From positions 168,764,001 through 168,828,000 of the forward strand of contig NC_042997.1 in the NCBI RefSeq assembly GCF_006345805.1: 64,000 bases of DNA, in the 5' to 3' direction. Below the pieces are notes generated by a model. The model saw nothing but the letters and a program-made list of their open reading frames with translations. It did not search any database and was not told where the DNA came from. This document shows, piece after piece, positions 51,390-63,853 of this stretch (positions are counted from its first letter, which is position 1; the number at the start of each line of letters is the position of its first letter). The translations under genes were made by a program, and so were the position numbers. The stretch comes from Octopus sinensis. Its lineage: Eukaryota.

Positions 51390-51850
51390 GCATCATCACC
51401 ATTTTAATGTCCACTTTTCCATGCTCAAATGGGTTGGATGGAATTTTGTTGAGGCAGATTTTCTACAGCCCGATACTCTTCCTGTCACTAACCCTCAAAT
51501 ATTTCCATGTAAAGTAATATTTCCCCATGACCAGACATGTTTTTGCAGAAGACTGAGAATAAAGGACACTGTGCTTACATGATGAAAACATTTGTTTACA
51601 ACTATCATGTGATGCCAAAATAAGGAGACAGTAACACACACACACATATACAGATAGATAGATAGATAGATAAATGGATAGAGGACTGGCTTCTTGCAGT
51701 ATCCATCTACCAAATCCACACACAAGGCTTTGGTCAGCCTGGGGTTAAAGGAAAAGACATTTGTCCAAAGTGCCATACAGTGAGATTGAACTTAAAATTT
51801 TTATGGTTGGGAAGCAAACTTCTTACCACACAGCCACACCTGCACCTAAG
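51390..51850 (-). mobile_element. Complete composite SINE: A head, microsatellite hinge, C-like tail
   Basis: Continuous minus-strand reading from GGTGTGGCTGTGTGGTAAG to GTGGACATTAAAATGGTGATGATG. Confidence 0.8.
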
Positions 51851-52627
51851 AATACAAATAAATAATGTAAACCTTAACCTTATACAAAAATAACTGGTGG
51901 GCAACAAATTTCTTCTCTTTCTTTGACTATCGGTTCACTTTTAATCGGTGACATTTAGATTTCATCGATTATTACATAAACTAATAATTACACAACTCTT
52001 TTGATACTAAAGCCCACGAGACTGCTTCTGGTTTTATGATGTGTAACCTCTTGTTTCAAAGTGTCATGTTTAAATTAAAACCTTTAATCTCAATTTCATG
52101 TGAAGAAGTTTTGTCACGATATCTTCTAAGCAGCAGCTTAATAAAGAAAAAAAAAATTAATTATATTACCAAATCGCTCCAAATTATAGGTTATTAACGA
52201 AATTAATTGAAACATATGGATAGTGTATAACATTTATTTTACATCTGTTTTTCTATGCTAGCATGGGTTAGACGAATATGTATAACTGTAGCATTGTTTT
52301 AGAGCTGACTATTCTTCTTGTTGCTAATTTTTAACTATTGTTCAAGTGAGTTTTTATTCAGCTCATCTTTGAAAATACAAATTTGTTGACAGGGAAATGA
52401 CAACAGGGATGACTGTCCATAATTCAGCAGTTTTTCTTGTGGTTGCATTTTTCATATAATTTCAAAATACAAAGTATTACTCAGATACATCCATGCATAC
52501 ACACACATACACAGACACACACACAAATACAAAAACACATACATATCGTGGCTTGCTCAACACTGACATGTCACGCATTATAACAATGTACTTCATCATC
52601 TGCATGATTGGCATACCTCGCTGACTG

Positions 52628-54731
52628 CTTTTCTTTATTTTGCACACAGACCATGACACAGAGGGGGACGGCACAAGGACAGATAGAACACCACAGTGGG
52701 GACACAAAACATAAAACGAATGAATGAAATGGATAATAATTAATGAGGATGTAATGGCTACTTGAACCCCACCCTCAAGCAGTAACATTTAACTGTTTTT
52801 TTACTCTTTTACTTGTTTCAGTCATTTGACTGTGGCCATGCTGGAGCGCCACCTTTAGTGGAGCAAGTTGACCCCAGGACTTATTCTTTGTAAGCCAAGT
52901 ACTTATTCTATCGGTCTCTTTTGCCAAACCACTAAGTTACGGAGACGAAAACACACCAGCATCGGTTGTCAAGCGATGTTGGGAGGACAAACACACACAA
53001 ACACATATATATATACACACATATATGCAATGGGTTTATTTCAGTTTCCGTCTATCAAATCCATCCACAAGGCTTTGGTCAGCCCAAGGCTACAGTAGAA
53101 GACACATGCCTAAGGTGCCACGTAGTGGGACTGAACTCGGAACTTACACACAGCTACTCCTATGCCTTTTTATAAAAAGTTTTTATATCATTTTTTTTCC
53201 TCTTTTCCTTTTTAGCATCATATGTGTAGTCTCTTCTAACAAAATTTTAAAAGTTTACTCACGCTTTACATGTTTGTGCATGGCTTCAAATCTACATAAT
53301 CTATAAAAGGTCATCAAACTCTACCTCCACTCCCAATGGGTCTATGTTGGTTCCAAACCTTTCTTTTAATTTTCCATACCTCTCTATTACTATGCCTTTT
53401 GTATTTTCTGTGTAAAGCTCTGCTGGTAATTTTACTCTAATTACCGATTTGAATTTGGTTATTTTCCTTTATATCGTCATACTTTTTGTAAATGTTACCA
53501 TATTCCATTTATTTTTCCTGGGCTTTTTAACTGTTGTTTCTGTGGTGAACTTGTGTTGTCTGGGTAGGTTTCCTTTTGCTGGTGATGCTGGTGGAGATGT
53601 GAACCAAATAAGCTGTGCAATGTCCATTTCACTCTCCTTTTTTTTTTTTGGACTCTTCGGAGGTGAGTTCACTAAATCTTTTCTTTTTCTCCTGGTCACC
53701 TCTGTAAATGCTTCCTCTGTGCATTTCTCACTTACTAGGGCCGCCACTTCAACACTCTACTCCTGCTGGCTTTCCTCGTTTTTACTGTCTCTTTGGGGGC
53801 ACCTTATTCTAATGTGTCCCTTCTCTCTGCATTGATAGCAGGTTGGTAGTCTTCCTCCCATACCACCCTCAACCTTATATCCTCCAGCAGAATCACCTCT
53901 TCAGTGATTTTGTTCAAATCTTTTTGTCCAACCTGAATGACGATTTCCAGGCCATATCCCCATCAATATACCTTCTTTGTCCTTGTCACCTTTAAAATTT
54001 TGGTGTCCTCCTCAGTTTTATGCATTATGGCTGCCACCAGCTATGCTTCTTTGATTTCTGGGGGTACCCTGCCTATTCTAACTCTGGCAGCCCTATTGCC
54101 ACAGTAGGTTGGCAGGAGTACCCATTTCTTGTGTCCTGAGCGTCACAGTGGTGTGATTTATTGCCTCCTGTTTGTTGGCAAACCTCACCTCCACTGTGCC
54201 ATATTTTCTGCCTCTTGTGTAGAATGTTGTCAGGTTCTTTATCTCCTAAAGACATTCTTCTGTTGCTTCTACTGTGACGATTTTGATTTTCTTGGTAGTT
54301 GTAGACAGTGTTCTGTAAAAGACTGTTCGCTTCATTGTATTGGTTGTCACTTCTTCTGGTAGGGTCAACTTGATCTCTCCTTCTGAATCAGCCTGTTATA
54401 CTCTTTCAGATTCTTCTGCTCAATTTTGATTTCTTGTACTTCTAGTGTATCTGTAGTTGTACATTTTCCAGCCGCTGAAGCATAACTCCTGACATGTGCT
54501 GGAACTGGTTCACAATCCATTTTCTCTTTTTTTTTTTTCCCTTCGCCCCAAATAGGGAAGAAGGTAAACATAAAAATCACAAGTCTGCAGGCAAAAACAG
54601 TAACGGTATTTTACAAATTCAACAATTTAAATCATAGGTTCACGCTCGCAGGAGACCCTTCAACAAGTATATAACAAAGCACAACACGACTTACATCAAC
54701 TGGAATCAAAAATGATTTAACACTAACAAAA
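52628..54731 (-). mobile_element. ORF1-only L1/Tx1-type non-LTR element (5' UTR, decayed ORF1, 3' UTR) with 15-bp TSD
   Basis: ATG at 54520; RVRIGRVPPEI motif; zinc knuckle CYQCREKGHIRIRC (53840-53799); no recognisable endonuclease or RT; 3' end AATAAAGAAAAG; TSD ATACCTCGC(T/A)GACTG at 52613-52627 and 54732-54746. Confidence 0.7.
52798..53167 (-). mobile_element. SINE family A inserted into the L1/Tx1-type element
   Basis: Near-complete A copy. Confidence 0.85.
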
Positions 54732-54754
54732 ATACCTCGCAGACTGACACCACT

Positions 54755-55640
54755 TGTTGTGTCTGTCCACTATTTATTTATAGTGGAACAGCCCACTTCT
54801 CTCACTCGGGGATATCCTCCACAACATCTCCCCTTTTGAGATTATTTTCTTTACACAGCATTATATTCCCTCATTTTTTTTCTTCTTCACACAGCATTAT
54901 TATATATATATTTTTTTTTTATATTCCATTTCTTTTTCTTCCACGCACAATTTTTTTTTCCCAGAATGCCCCAGGTAGTACTGGCTCTACATTCTTACCA
55001 GTAGCACTACGAACACATGGCAACCTGACTGAAATCCTTCAACGGACCTGCATTATTATTATTATTTTTATTTTATTCTTCTTCACACAGCATTATTATA
55101 TATATATATTTTTTTTTTCCACATTCCATTTCTTTTTCTTCCATACACAGAATTTTGTTCTCCAAAATGCCCCAGGTAGTACTGGCTCTACATTCTTACC
55201 AGTAGTGCTATGAACATATGAGCGACCTGACTGAAATTCTTCAAATGGACTTTTTTTTTTTTTTGGTGTCCCACTGTTGTGGAGTGCGTGAAAATTAGAA
55301 TCCTCGTCAACACTTTTACAAGGTGAGAGGATTTTTAATATTTTCCACTGTGTGTAGTTCAAATCCTTCAACAGGATTTTTAATATTTTCCACTGAATGT
55401 AGTTAAAATTCTTCTTCAATAGGATTTTAAATATTTTCCCGTGTGTAGTTCGAACCCTTGTCACCACTGTTGTGTTTTGCTTGACACTGATATGTCCCAC
55501 ATTATAACAGCGTACTTCGTCATCTGAGTGACTGGCCTGAATGGTGTACCTCACCGACTGACACCACTTGTTGTGTCTGTCCACTATTTATTTGTAGTGG
55601 AAGAGCCCATTCCTCTCACTCAGGGGTGTCCTCCACAATA
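54755..55640 (-). mobile_element. Miniature non-autonomous LTR retroelement (TRIM-like)
   Basis: 72-bp LTRs at 55640-55569 and 54826-54755 (8 mismatches; T(G/A)...CA; internal AATAAA); PBS-like TGGTGTCAG after each LTR; PPT AAAAGGGGAGA (54837-54827) directly before the second LTR; non-coding interior. Confidence 0.7.
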
Positions 55641-56283
55641 CACATATATATATAAAACAGGCTTCCATACAGTTTCCATCAACTAATTTCTTCACAAAGC
55701 ATAGCTCATCTCACAGCTATAATACTAGAAGACATTTAATCCTTTAATGTTCAGATTACTTTGTCAAATATAATGCTTTTTATTCAAATTATTTTTAATT
55801 AATCATCATGCATTATTTTATAGCTTTGAGGTATTAATGATATGATTGCTTATATTTAGAATGTTAGTGTAGGTTAAGTGTGAGAGGTTAGACATGGCCA
55901 GTTTGAATGTAAAACAGAATATTTGAGCTGGATTTGGCTGGTTTAAATGCTGAAAAGGTTTAGGTGCTGTGCAGCGGGACTGAACCTAAAATCACATGGC
56001 TGCAAAGTAAGCTTCTTAACCACACAGCTTAACCATGCTTATTTCATTATAAATATTCTTTCATTCTTTTACTTGTTTCAGTCATTTGACTGTGGCTATA
56101 CTGGAGCACCACCTTAAAGGACCTTTTAGTTGAAGAAATCGACCCTAGGGCTTATTCTTTGTTAGCCTAGTACTTATTCTATTGGTTACTTTTGCCGAAC
56201 TGCTAAGTTACAGCAACATAAACACATCAATATCAGTTGTAAAGTGATGGGGGGGGGGACAAACACAAAGACACACACACACA

Positions 56284-56335
<52 letters not shown>

Positions 56336-57836
56336 GCAGGCTTCTTTCAGTTTTCACTCACAAGGCTTTATGTTCAGGAAAGGAATAAATCAATTTGGCA
56401 CACTTTTCCAGTGGCCATTGTTGTTTATAGCAGTACAATACAATAGGGAGATTTTTGCAATGGTTGTTCAACCTGCTGAAAATAGCAGCTAAATCTCCCT
56501 TAATTCACACTTTGCCTTTTTAAACTATGAAAAGACACATTAAATACTCTTGTCTTCCATACACCTAAAATGGCAGAGTTGGCTGGCCACAACTGAAACA
56601 CCTTACATCACAGAGCTTGATCAGGATTGACCTGTGGTTAAACACCACCATCACCACCAAAAATCATTTACATTTCAAACTATTGAGTGGGTATGAGACA
56701 TTTTGGAACAGCCATTTTGGCACCACCTATTTGGTGTCACTGATTCTATGCCAACTTATATGACATCAGACATTAATCTTAATGTTTCATTTTAATGACT
56801 CCCTTGTTGGCTTCTCTCTCTCACACACTCTCTCTCTCTCTCTCTCTCTTTCACTCTCTTTCTCTCTCTTTGTCTATGTGGGTGAGCATCTAGTTATGTT
56901 TGTATGTATGTCTAATGTCTCTCCCTCTCTCTGTCTCTCTCTCACTCTCTCTATTGTCTTAAGATTAGGATACATTTAGTGACATCATTATTGAGCAGAT
57001 TTAGATTACAACAAAAGAAATAATTAGCTCTTATTTGGAACAATTAATTTACATGTTGTTAACATGTCAGAGGACCAAGATATGTGATGCACTGCTGTAC
57101 TCAAGAAGACCTACTCACCACAACAGAATTGAGATCCTTAAGGCACCGAGCTGGCAGAAACGTTAGCACACCAGGTGAAATGCTTAACAGTATTTCGTCT
57201 GTATATAATTCTAAGTTCAAATTCCGCCGAGGTCCACTTTGCCTTTCATCCTTTCGGGGTCGATGAATTAAGTACCAGTTGCATACTGGGGTCGATCTAA
57301 TCGACTTAATCCATTTGTCTGTCCTTGTTTATCCCCTCTGTGTGTAACCCCTTGTGGAAAGTTAAGAATTGAGATCCTAAAACCATGGTGCCATGTAAAA
57401 AGTACCGGTGCTGATGCCACATGAAAAGCAACCAGTACATTCTGTAAAGTGGCTGGACTTACGAAGGGTATCCAGCAGTAGGGACCAAACCAAAACAGAC
57501 AACAGAACCTGGTGTAAGTCCCTGGCCTTGCCAGTACCTTTTTATGTGGCACCATTACCAGTACTTTTTGTGGTACCATTGCCGATGCTTTTCATGTGGC
57601 ACCATCACCAGTGTTTTTTTTTTATGTGGCACCATCACCAGTGCTTTTTACTTTGTAGCTTGGTTTTAGGATATCAATTCTGTTGTGGTGGGCAACTCTT
57701 CTTGAGTACAGCAATACACCAGTAGCTTAAATTTCAACAGGAGCAAAGGGTGCAAACATTTTTAAAAATATGATAAATTTCTTTTTAAATGTGTCATGTT
57801 AATTTGAAACAGTTAAAACATCTGGGGTACTTTTAA

Positions 57837-58004
57837 CTCTTTAGCATTCATATTACATAGGCATAGGAGTGGTTGTGTAGTAAGTAACTTGCGTGGCACC
57901 TTGGGCAAGTATCTTCTACTATAGCCTCGGGCCGACCAAAGCCTTGTGAGTGGATTTGGTAGACGGAAACTGAAAGAAGCCTGTCGCATATATGTACATA
58001 TATA

Positions 58005-58079
<75 letters not shown>

Positions 58080-58476
58080 GTGTTTCCCCTCCTTCCCCCC
58101 AACATCACTTGACAACCGATGCTGGTGTGTTTACGTCCCCGTAACTTAGCAGTTTGGCAAAAAAGTCCAATAGAATAAGTACTAGGCTCACAAAGAATAA
58201 GTCCTGGGGTCGATTTGCTTTTACTAAAAGGCGGTGCTCCAGCATGGCCACAGTCAAATGACTGAAACAAGTAAAAAAGTAAAATGTAAAGCTTATTCAT
58301 TCACATCATTTTGAATTAATAATGCATTATCTCATAACTCTTGAGATTTTGATGATGTGATTGTTTTTTCTTAGAAAGACATTGTAGGGTAGGTGTGACT
58401 GGCCAGATCTGGCCAGTTTGAACTTAAAACAGGTGAAATATTTAGGCCGAATATTGCTGGTTTAAATGCTAAAGGG
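57837..58476. mobile_element. piggyBac-type MITE with a nested SINE A (about 57859-58290)
   Basis: TTAA|CTCTTTAGCATT ... AATGCTAAAGGG|TTAA. Confidence 0.8.
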
Positions 58477-58548
58477 TTAAATGAACACCTTAGGGTTTCA
58501 CAAAGATACTCTTTTTGTTAAATTTTATGTTAAAAAAACCTAGTCAGT

Positions 58549-58779
58549 AGGTGAACTGGCAGAAACGTTAGCACGCCAGGCGAAATGCTTAGTGGTATTT
58601 CGTCTGCCGCTGTTCTGAGTTCAAATTCTGCCAAGGTCAACTTTGCCTTTCATCCTTTCGGGGTCGATTAAATAAGTACCAGTTACGCACTGGGGTCGAT
58701 ATAATCGACTTAATCCGTTTGTCTGTCCTTGTTTGTCCTCTGTGTGTTTAGCCCCTTGTGGGTAGTAAAGAAATAGGTA
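58549..58779 (+). mobile_element. SINE family D, young full copy
   Basis: CpG-rich, near-consensus head, core and tail ending GAAATAG. Confidence 0.9.
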
Positions 58780-60339
58780 GGCAGGATAAGCAAGATTGGT
58801 AAAATGACCAGCAAAACACCTTGCAGTGTTAAGTTTCATTTCTTTATGTTCTAAGTTCAAATACCAATAAGGCTGACTTTACCTTCCACATGATGGGTGG
58901 ATGGAAGACAAAAGTTAATACAAGCATTTGTCAATCAAATACTGGAATCGATCATAAAAATACTCTCCCAGAAAACGAATGTCCTTGTCCCTAAAAATCA
59001 ATATCATAACCCAGTCTCTCTGTGTTGTTGTTTTTTTTAAAATTCTATTCCATTCTATATCTTTTGAACAAAAGACTTCTTTAAATATCTAACCAAACAT
59101 GAGACATGGCAATTAAAAGAATAATTTTACAATTAAATTTTCAAGATTCATGACCCAAATTTTTGACAATATTATTTTTTTTACAGTAACATTTATGACT
59201 ATTCATTAAATGTACAATAACATATTGAGCTTAATAAATAATTTAAAGAAAATGAAAATGAAAATTAGCCAAAACCTGACTCGCCTTTAGTTCAGAGAAA
59301 TAGATAACAGCCAAAATATTTCATTTAGAATAACAGAATAGCACAATAAATGTTTATTAGAATGGGGAAGAATATTTTTAAAGATGTTAGTAAAATAAAA
59401 CTGTATAATAATGAGGAGGGGAGAAGTAAATGGGGTTAGAGTGTGAGGCTAGGGTCATGTTCAGTATTAGGATAAGATTCAGTCAAATCCAGGAAGAGAA
59501 ATTCTCTAATGTCTCTGGCACCATGCTGTCTACTGCTAGAGTTAACATGGCTTCTCTATAGTCTTTGTAGTCATACAAACACACTTACACATACACACAC
59601 ATATATACGTGTACACATTCATGTGCATACTGATGCACAACCTAACAGATACAGATAGCACACACACACAAACACGCATATACATGCACATACATCAGAT
59701 ACATGCGCATGCAAACATACTTCAATACTCTCACAGGCAGAAGAGAAAAAAAATACAACATCTCTGCCAACAATATTATCAGTTCTTACAGCAGTAATGA
59801 TACAGACTGTCTCATGCTAGACTTGATGTCTACAGAAATATCCAGTGTGGTGGACTACAATACTAGTTTTCAAAAGAACACTCTGCAATACTTGTAGACA
59901 TAAGTATATATGAAGCAACAGATATATACATGTGTGTATGTATGTATGTATGAATGTATGTATGCATGCATGTATGTGCATGTGTGTGTGTGTGTGTGTT
60001 ACTGTGTGTGTGTTCCTTAGAATAAATAGCCATAGTTAGGTAATTCTTTGTGCCTTGGGAGAAAGAAGAACAAATAATGAATTAAATTATCAAGGAGTTC
60101 AAGTGCGATAGAGAAAAACTTATAAATGACGGCAAACATAGAATGAAAAAACAGCAAGATGGGTTGACATAGTTGAAATATTGAGCTTTAGAGGAAAAGA
60201 AAACACAAAACAAGCAAACTAAAAAAAAAAAATCATGAGTAACTCGAAGATAAGAAAACTTGACTCAAAATTCAAAAGGAAATTAAATTGTTAAAATATA
60301 TAAAAATATGACTAACTTCTTTAGAGCAATCAGGTTGTT

Positions 60340-60882
60340 GAGACAGATGAAATTGTTGGTCTTAGACTGAACAGTGGTAAATTTGCATGCGAAGACCTGT
60401 TGAAGCAAGTGAAATCGAAATCGAAATCAAATTTGATGACTGGCATCCGTGCTAGTGGAGCGCTAAGAGAACCATACGAGTGAGATCGTTGCCAGAGCAA
60501 CAAGCTGGCCTCTGTGCCGATGGCACGTTAGAAACACCATCCAAGTGTGATCGTTACCTGCGTCGCCTTACTAGCACTTGTGCTGGTGGCACGTGAAAAA
60601 AACATTCGAGCAAGGTCATTGCCGTGCCGCTGGACTGGCTCCTGTGCAGGTGGCACATAAAAAACACCATTTGAGCGTGGCCATTGCCAGTACCGCCTGA
60701 CTGGCCTTTGTGCCGGTGGCATGTAAAAGCACCCACTACACTCTCGGAGTGGTTGGCGTTAGGAAGGGCAACCAGCTGTAGAAACTCTGCCAGATCAGAT
60801 TGGAGTCTGGTGCAGCCATCTGGTTCGCCAGCCCTCAGTCAAATCGTCCAACTCATGCTAGCATGGAAAGCGGATGTTAAAC

Positions 60883-60915
<33 letters not shown>

Positions 60916-60940
60916 CATGATGATGATCATGATGATGATG
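60340..60940 (+). mobile_element. Long modular family C element
   Basis: (GAAATC)n, about five modules, C tail with (GAT)n. Confidence 0.85.
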
Positions 60941-61296
60941 TGATATGTTAACAGGACACTGAACAACAGCTTCCTTCTACAGATATACCTATCAGTGGTG
61001 TAAGTAAAAACTGAATGAAAAATATCCAGTGGTTGCGCTGCACCAACCTAATTAGAAATAGATGTGTGGTGTGGTTCATTTGTTCCTTTAGGTGTTCCAA
61101 CTCAAAAGTTGTTGCCATACTGGGGCATGGCCATTCATGTTGTTGTGGAGATGCTGGGGATGGAACCTAGTGTTTTTCACATGCTCTATACCACTGAAAG
61201 ACAGTATTGAAATTGAACCTTCTTCAATAAAATCAACAGATCTCAAATTTTAAACAGGGCAGTTGAATAAGACTGATCCAGTTTGTAACTGGTACT

Positions 61297-61697
61297 TATT
61301 TCTTTATTACCCACAAGAGGCTAAATACAGAGAGGACAAACAAGGACAGACAAATGGATTAAGTCGATTATATCGACCCCAGTGCGTAACTGGTACTTAA
61401 TTTATCGACCCCGAAAGGATGAAAGGCAAAGTCGACTTCGGGGGAATTTGAAATCAGATTGTAGCAGCAGACGAAATAGCTATTTCTTTACTACCCACAA
61501 GGGGATAAACACAGAGAGGACAAACAAGGACAGACAAAAGGATTAAGTCGATTATATCGACCCCAGTGCGTAACTGGTACTTATTTAATCGACCCCGAGA
61601 GGATGAAAGGCAAAGTTGACTTCGGCAGAATTTGAACTCAGAACGTAATGGCAGACGAAATACAGCTACGCATTTTGCCCGGCATTCTAACGTTTCT
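61297..61697 (-). mobile_element. SINE D tandem dimer
   Basis: Junction GAAATAG|CTATTTCGTC at 61480/61479. Confidence 0.85.
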
Positions 61698-61774
61698 TCC
61701 CCCACCACACACACACATGAAAGCAAAGTTGACTGAGACAAGATATGAAATCAGAAAGTAAAGAAGTGTAACTA

Positions 61775-63053
61775 TTGGGTTGGCAACTAAGTTTTTTTAA
61801 AGTTTGGAATTTATTGCATTTTTAAATTTTGGAATCTATTTTTTTCGAAAATTCTATTTTTGAATCATTTTGGAATCTATTGTTTTGTTTTGTTTTCTAG
61901 TTAATTTTTGTTTATTTTCAGATCATTTAAATGGAATGTCAAGTTAAGAAAAACAAGCATTTTCGACACCACCTTCTTTTTGCTTTTAATCAAGGTTCTA
62001 AGGCCACTAAAGTTGCTCGTGACATTTGTGCTGTGTATGGAGAGGGTCCCATAGCTGAAAAAAACACTTATGATTGGTATGCCAAGTTCAAAAATGGAAA
62101 TTTTGACCTCAAAGACGCACCTCATTTTGGCCGTCCAATTGAGTTCGATGATGAGTGATTAAACAAACTTTTGCACAAAAATTCTTGTCAAACAACAAGG
62201 GAACTGGTAGAGAAAATGGAATGCTCCCACAGTGCTGTAGAGAAGCATCTTCACTCGATGGGAAAGGTTCAGAAGTATGGAGCATAGGTTCCACATGCTT
62301 TAAGCGATAACAACAAAAATCAACGGGCCACAATCTCCGCTGGTTTGCTTGCTTGTCACCACTCAACTCATGGACACAAGCAATGATTTCTTTACCAAAT
62401 TGTTACTGGTGATGAAAAATGGTACCTGTACAACAATATGAAGCAGCGTAAGAAATGGCTTAGCCCTGGTAAACAAGCGACACCACACATGAAACAAGAT
62501 ATTCATCCGCGTAAAACGATGCTGGGCGTATGATGGGACAAGGAAGGGATTATCCATTACGAATTGCTTGAACGGAACCAAACGGTCAATGTGGAATTCT
62601 ATGTTCAACAGATGGAATGACTCAACATGGCTATTCAAGAGAAAAGACCTAATCGGCAGCATGGAGTTCTTCTGTTGTATGACAACGCCTGCCCTCATAT
62701 TACCAATATGACCAAGGAAGCCATTCAAATGCCTGGCTGGGAAATGCTGCCACACCTGCCATACTCTCCTGATTTGGCACCAACGGATTTCCATCTCTTT
62801 TGATCTCTTTCAAATGCTATGCGCAGAGTGTCATTCAATACTGACGCAGAATTGAGAGCTTAGTTGGATCAATTTTTCGAGTCAAAATCGGGTGATTTCT
62901 ACCAATGAGGTATTGAAAATCTTGTTGAACGTTGGAAAGAAGTTGTAAACAACAAGAGTGAATACATTATTAATTAATTTGTTGTTATTTTATATTAAAC
63001 CTTTTAAAAAATTTAAATTTTAAAAAATGGTGGGAACTTAGTTGCCAATCCAA
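61775..63053 (+). mobile_element. Full-length mariner element (1279 bp)
   Basis: TA|TTGGGTTGGCAACTAAGT ... ACTTAGTTGCCAATCCAA|TA; 17/18 TIR match; TA TSD. Confidence 0.95.
61931..62977 (+). pseudogene. mariner DD34D transposase pseudogene
   Basis: Single frame with VTGDEKW, YDNACPH and YSPDLAPTD motifs (34 aa between the last two catalytic D); 8 internal stops, no net frameshift. Confidence 0.95.
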
Positions 63054-63631
63054 TAAATAGTAAAATCCATGCTGTCAAATGCTCCACTGATTTTTCCCAC
63101 CCAGCACCCAAACAAAAGCAATAATGTTTTCAAATTTTGAGACAAGGTTAGCAAATTTAGGGGAGGGGTAAGCTGATTACATCAACCCCAGTACTTGATT
63201 GGTACATTATTTTATCAATCCAGAAGAGTCAAAAGGCAAAGTAGACCTTGATGAAAAATTTGAACACAGAATGAAAAGTGTTGGGAAGAAATGCTGCTAA
63301 GCATTTTGTCCATTGTGCCAAAGACTCTGCTAGCTCATTACCTGAATAAGTAATAACAACAATAGTTTCAAATTTTGGCACAAGGCCGGAAATTCTGGGA
63401 GTTGGGTAAGTTGATTACATCAACCCCAGTGCTCAACTGGTGCTTATTTTATCAACTCCAAAAGAATGAAAGGCAGATGTAAACACATACGAAATGCACT
63501 AAGCATTTTGCTTAGCATGATAACGTTTCAGCCTTAATAGTAATAATAATAATGGTTTCAAATTTAGGCACAAGTTTAGCAATTTTTTAGGAAGAAGGAG
63601 ATTAGTTGATTATAGTGGCTCCAATATTTAA

Positions 63632-63853
63632 CCCTTTTGTTACTAACCTGGCTGAAACCGGCTCTGGCTCTGTAGTACAAATGTCTTGTTTTCATAAGTT
63701 TTGAATTAAAATCTTCCACCAAACCTTAGTCACAATTTATGTTCCTAACACTAGCTGAATGATAACTAAGTCATTTTACTAAATTCTTTGTTATATTTAA
63801 AATTAATTGAAAGAAACACAGACCATCTCAAAATAAATACAGTAACGAAAGGG
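63632..63853. mobile_element. piggyBac-type MITE (222 bp), second family, inside a SINE D relic
   Basis: TTAA|CCCTTTTGTTACT ... AGTAACGAAAGGG|TTAA; TIR 12/13. Confidence 0.85.

Noticed and set aside
55096-55584. 162-aa ORF as a gag or other gene of the mini-LTR element
   Set aside because: It starts inside the LTR, runs through internal tandem repeats into a microsatellite, and has no Gag, protease or RT motif.
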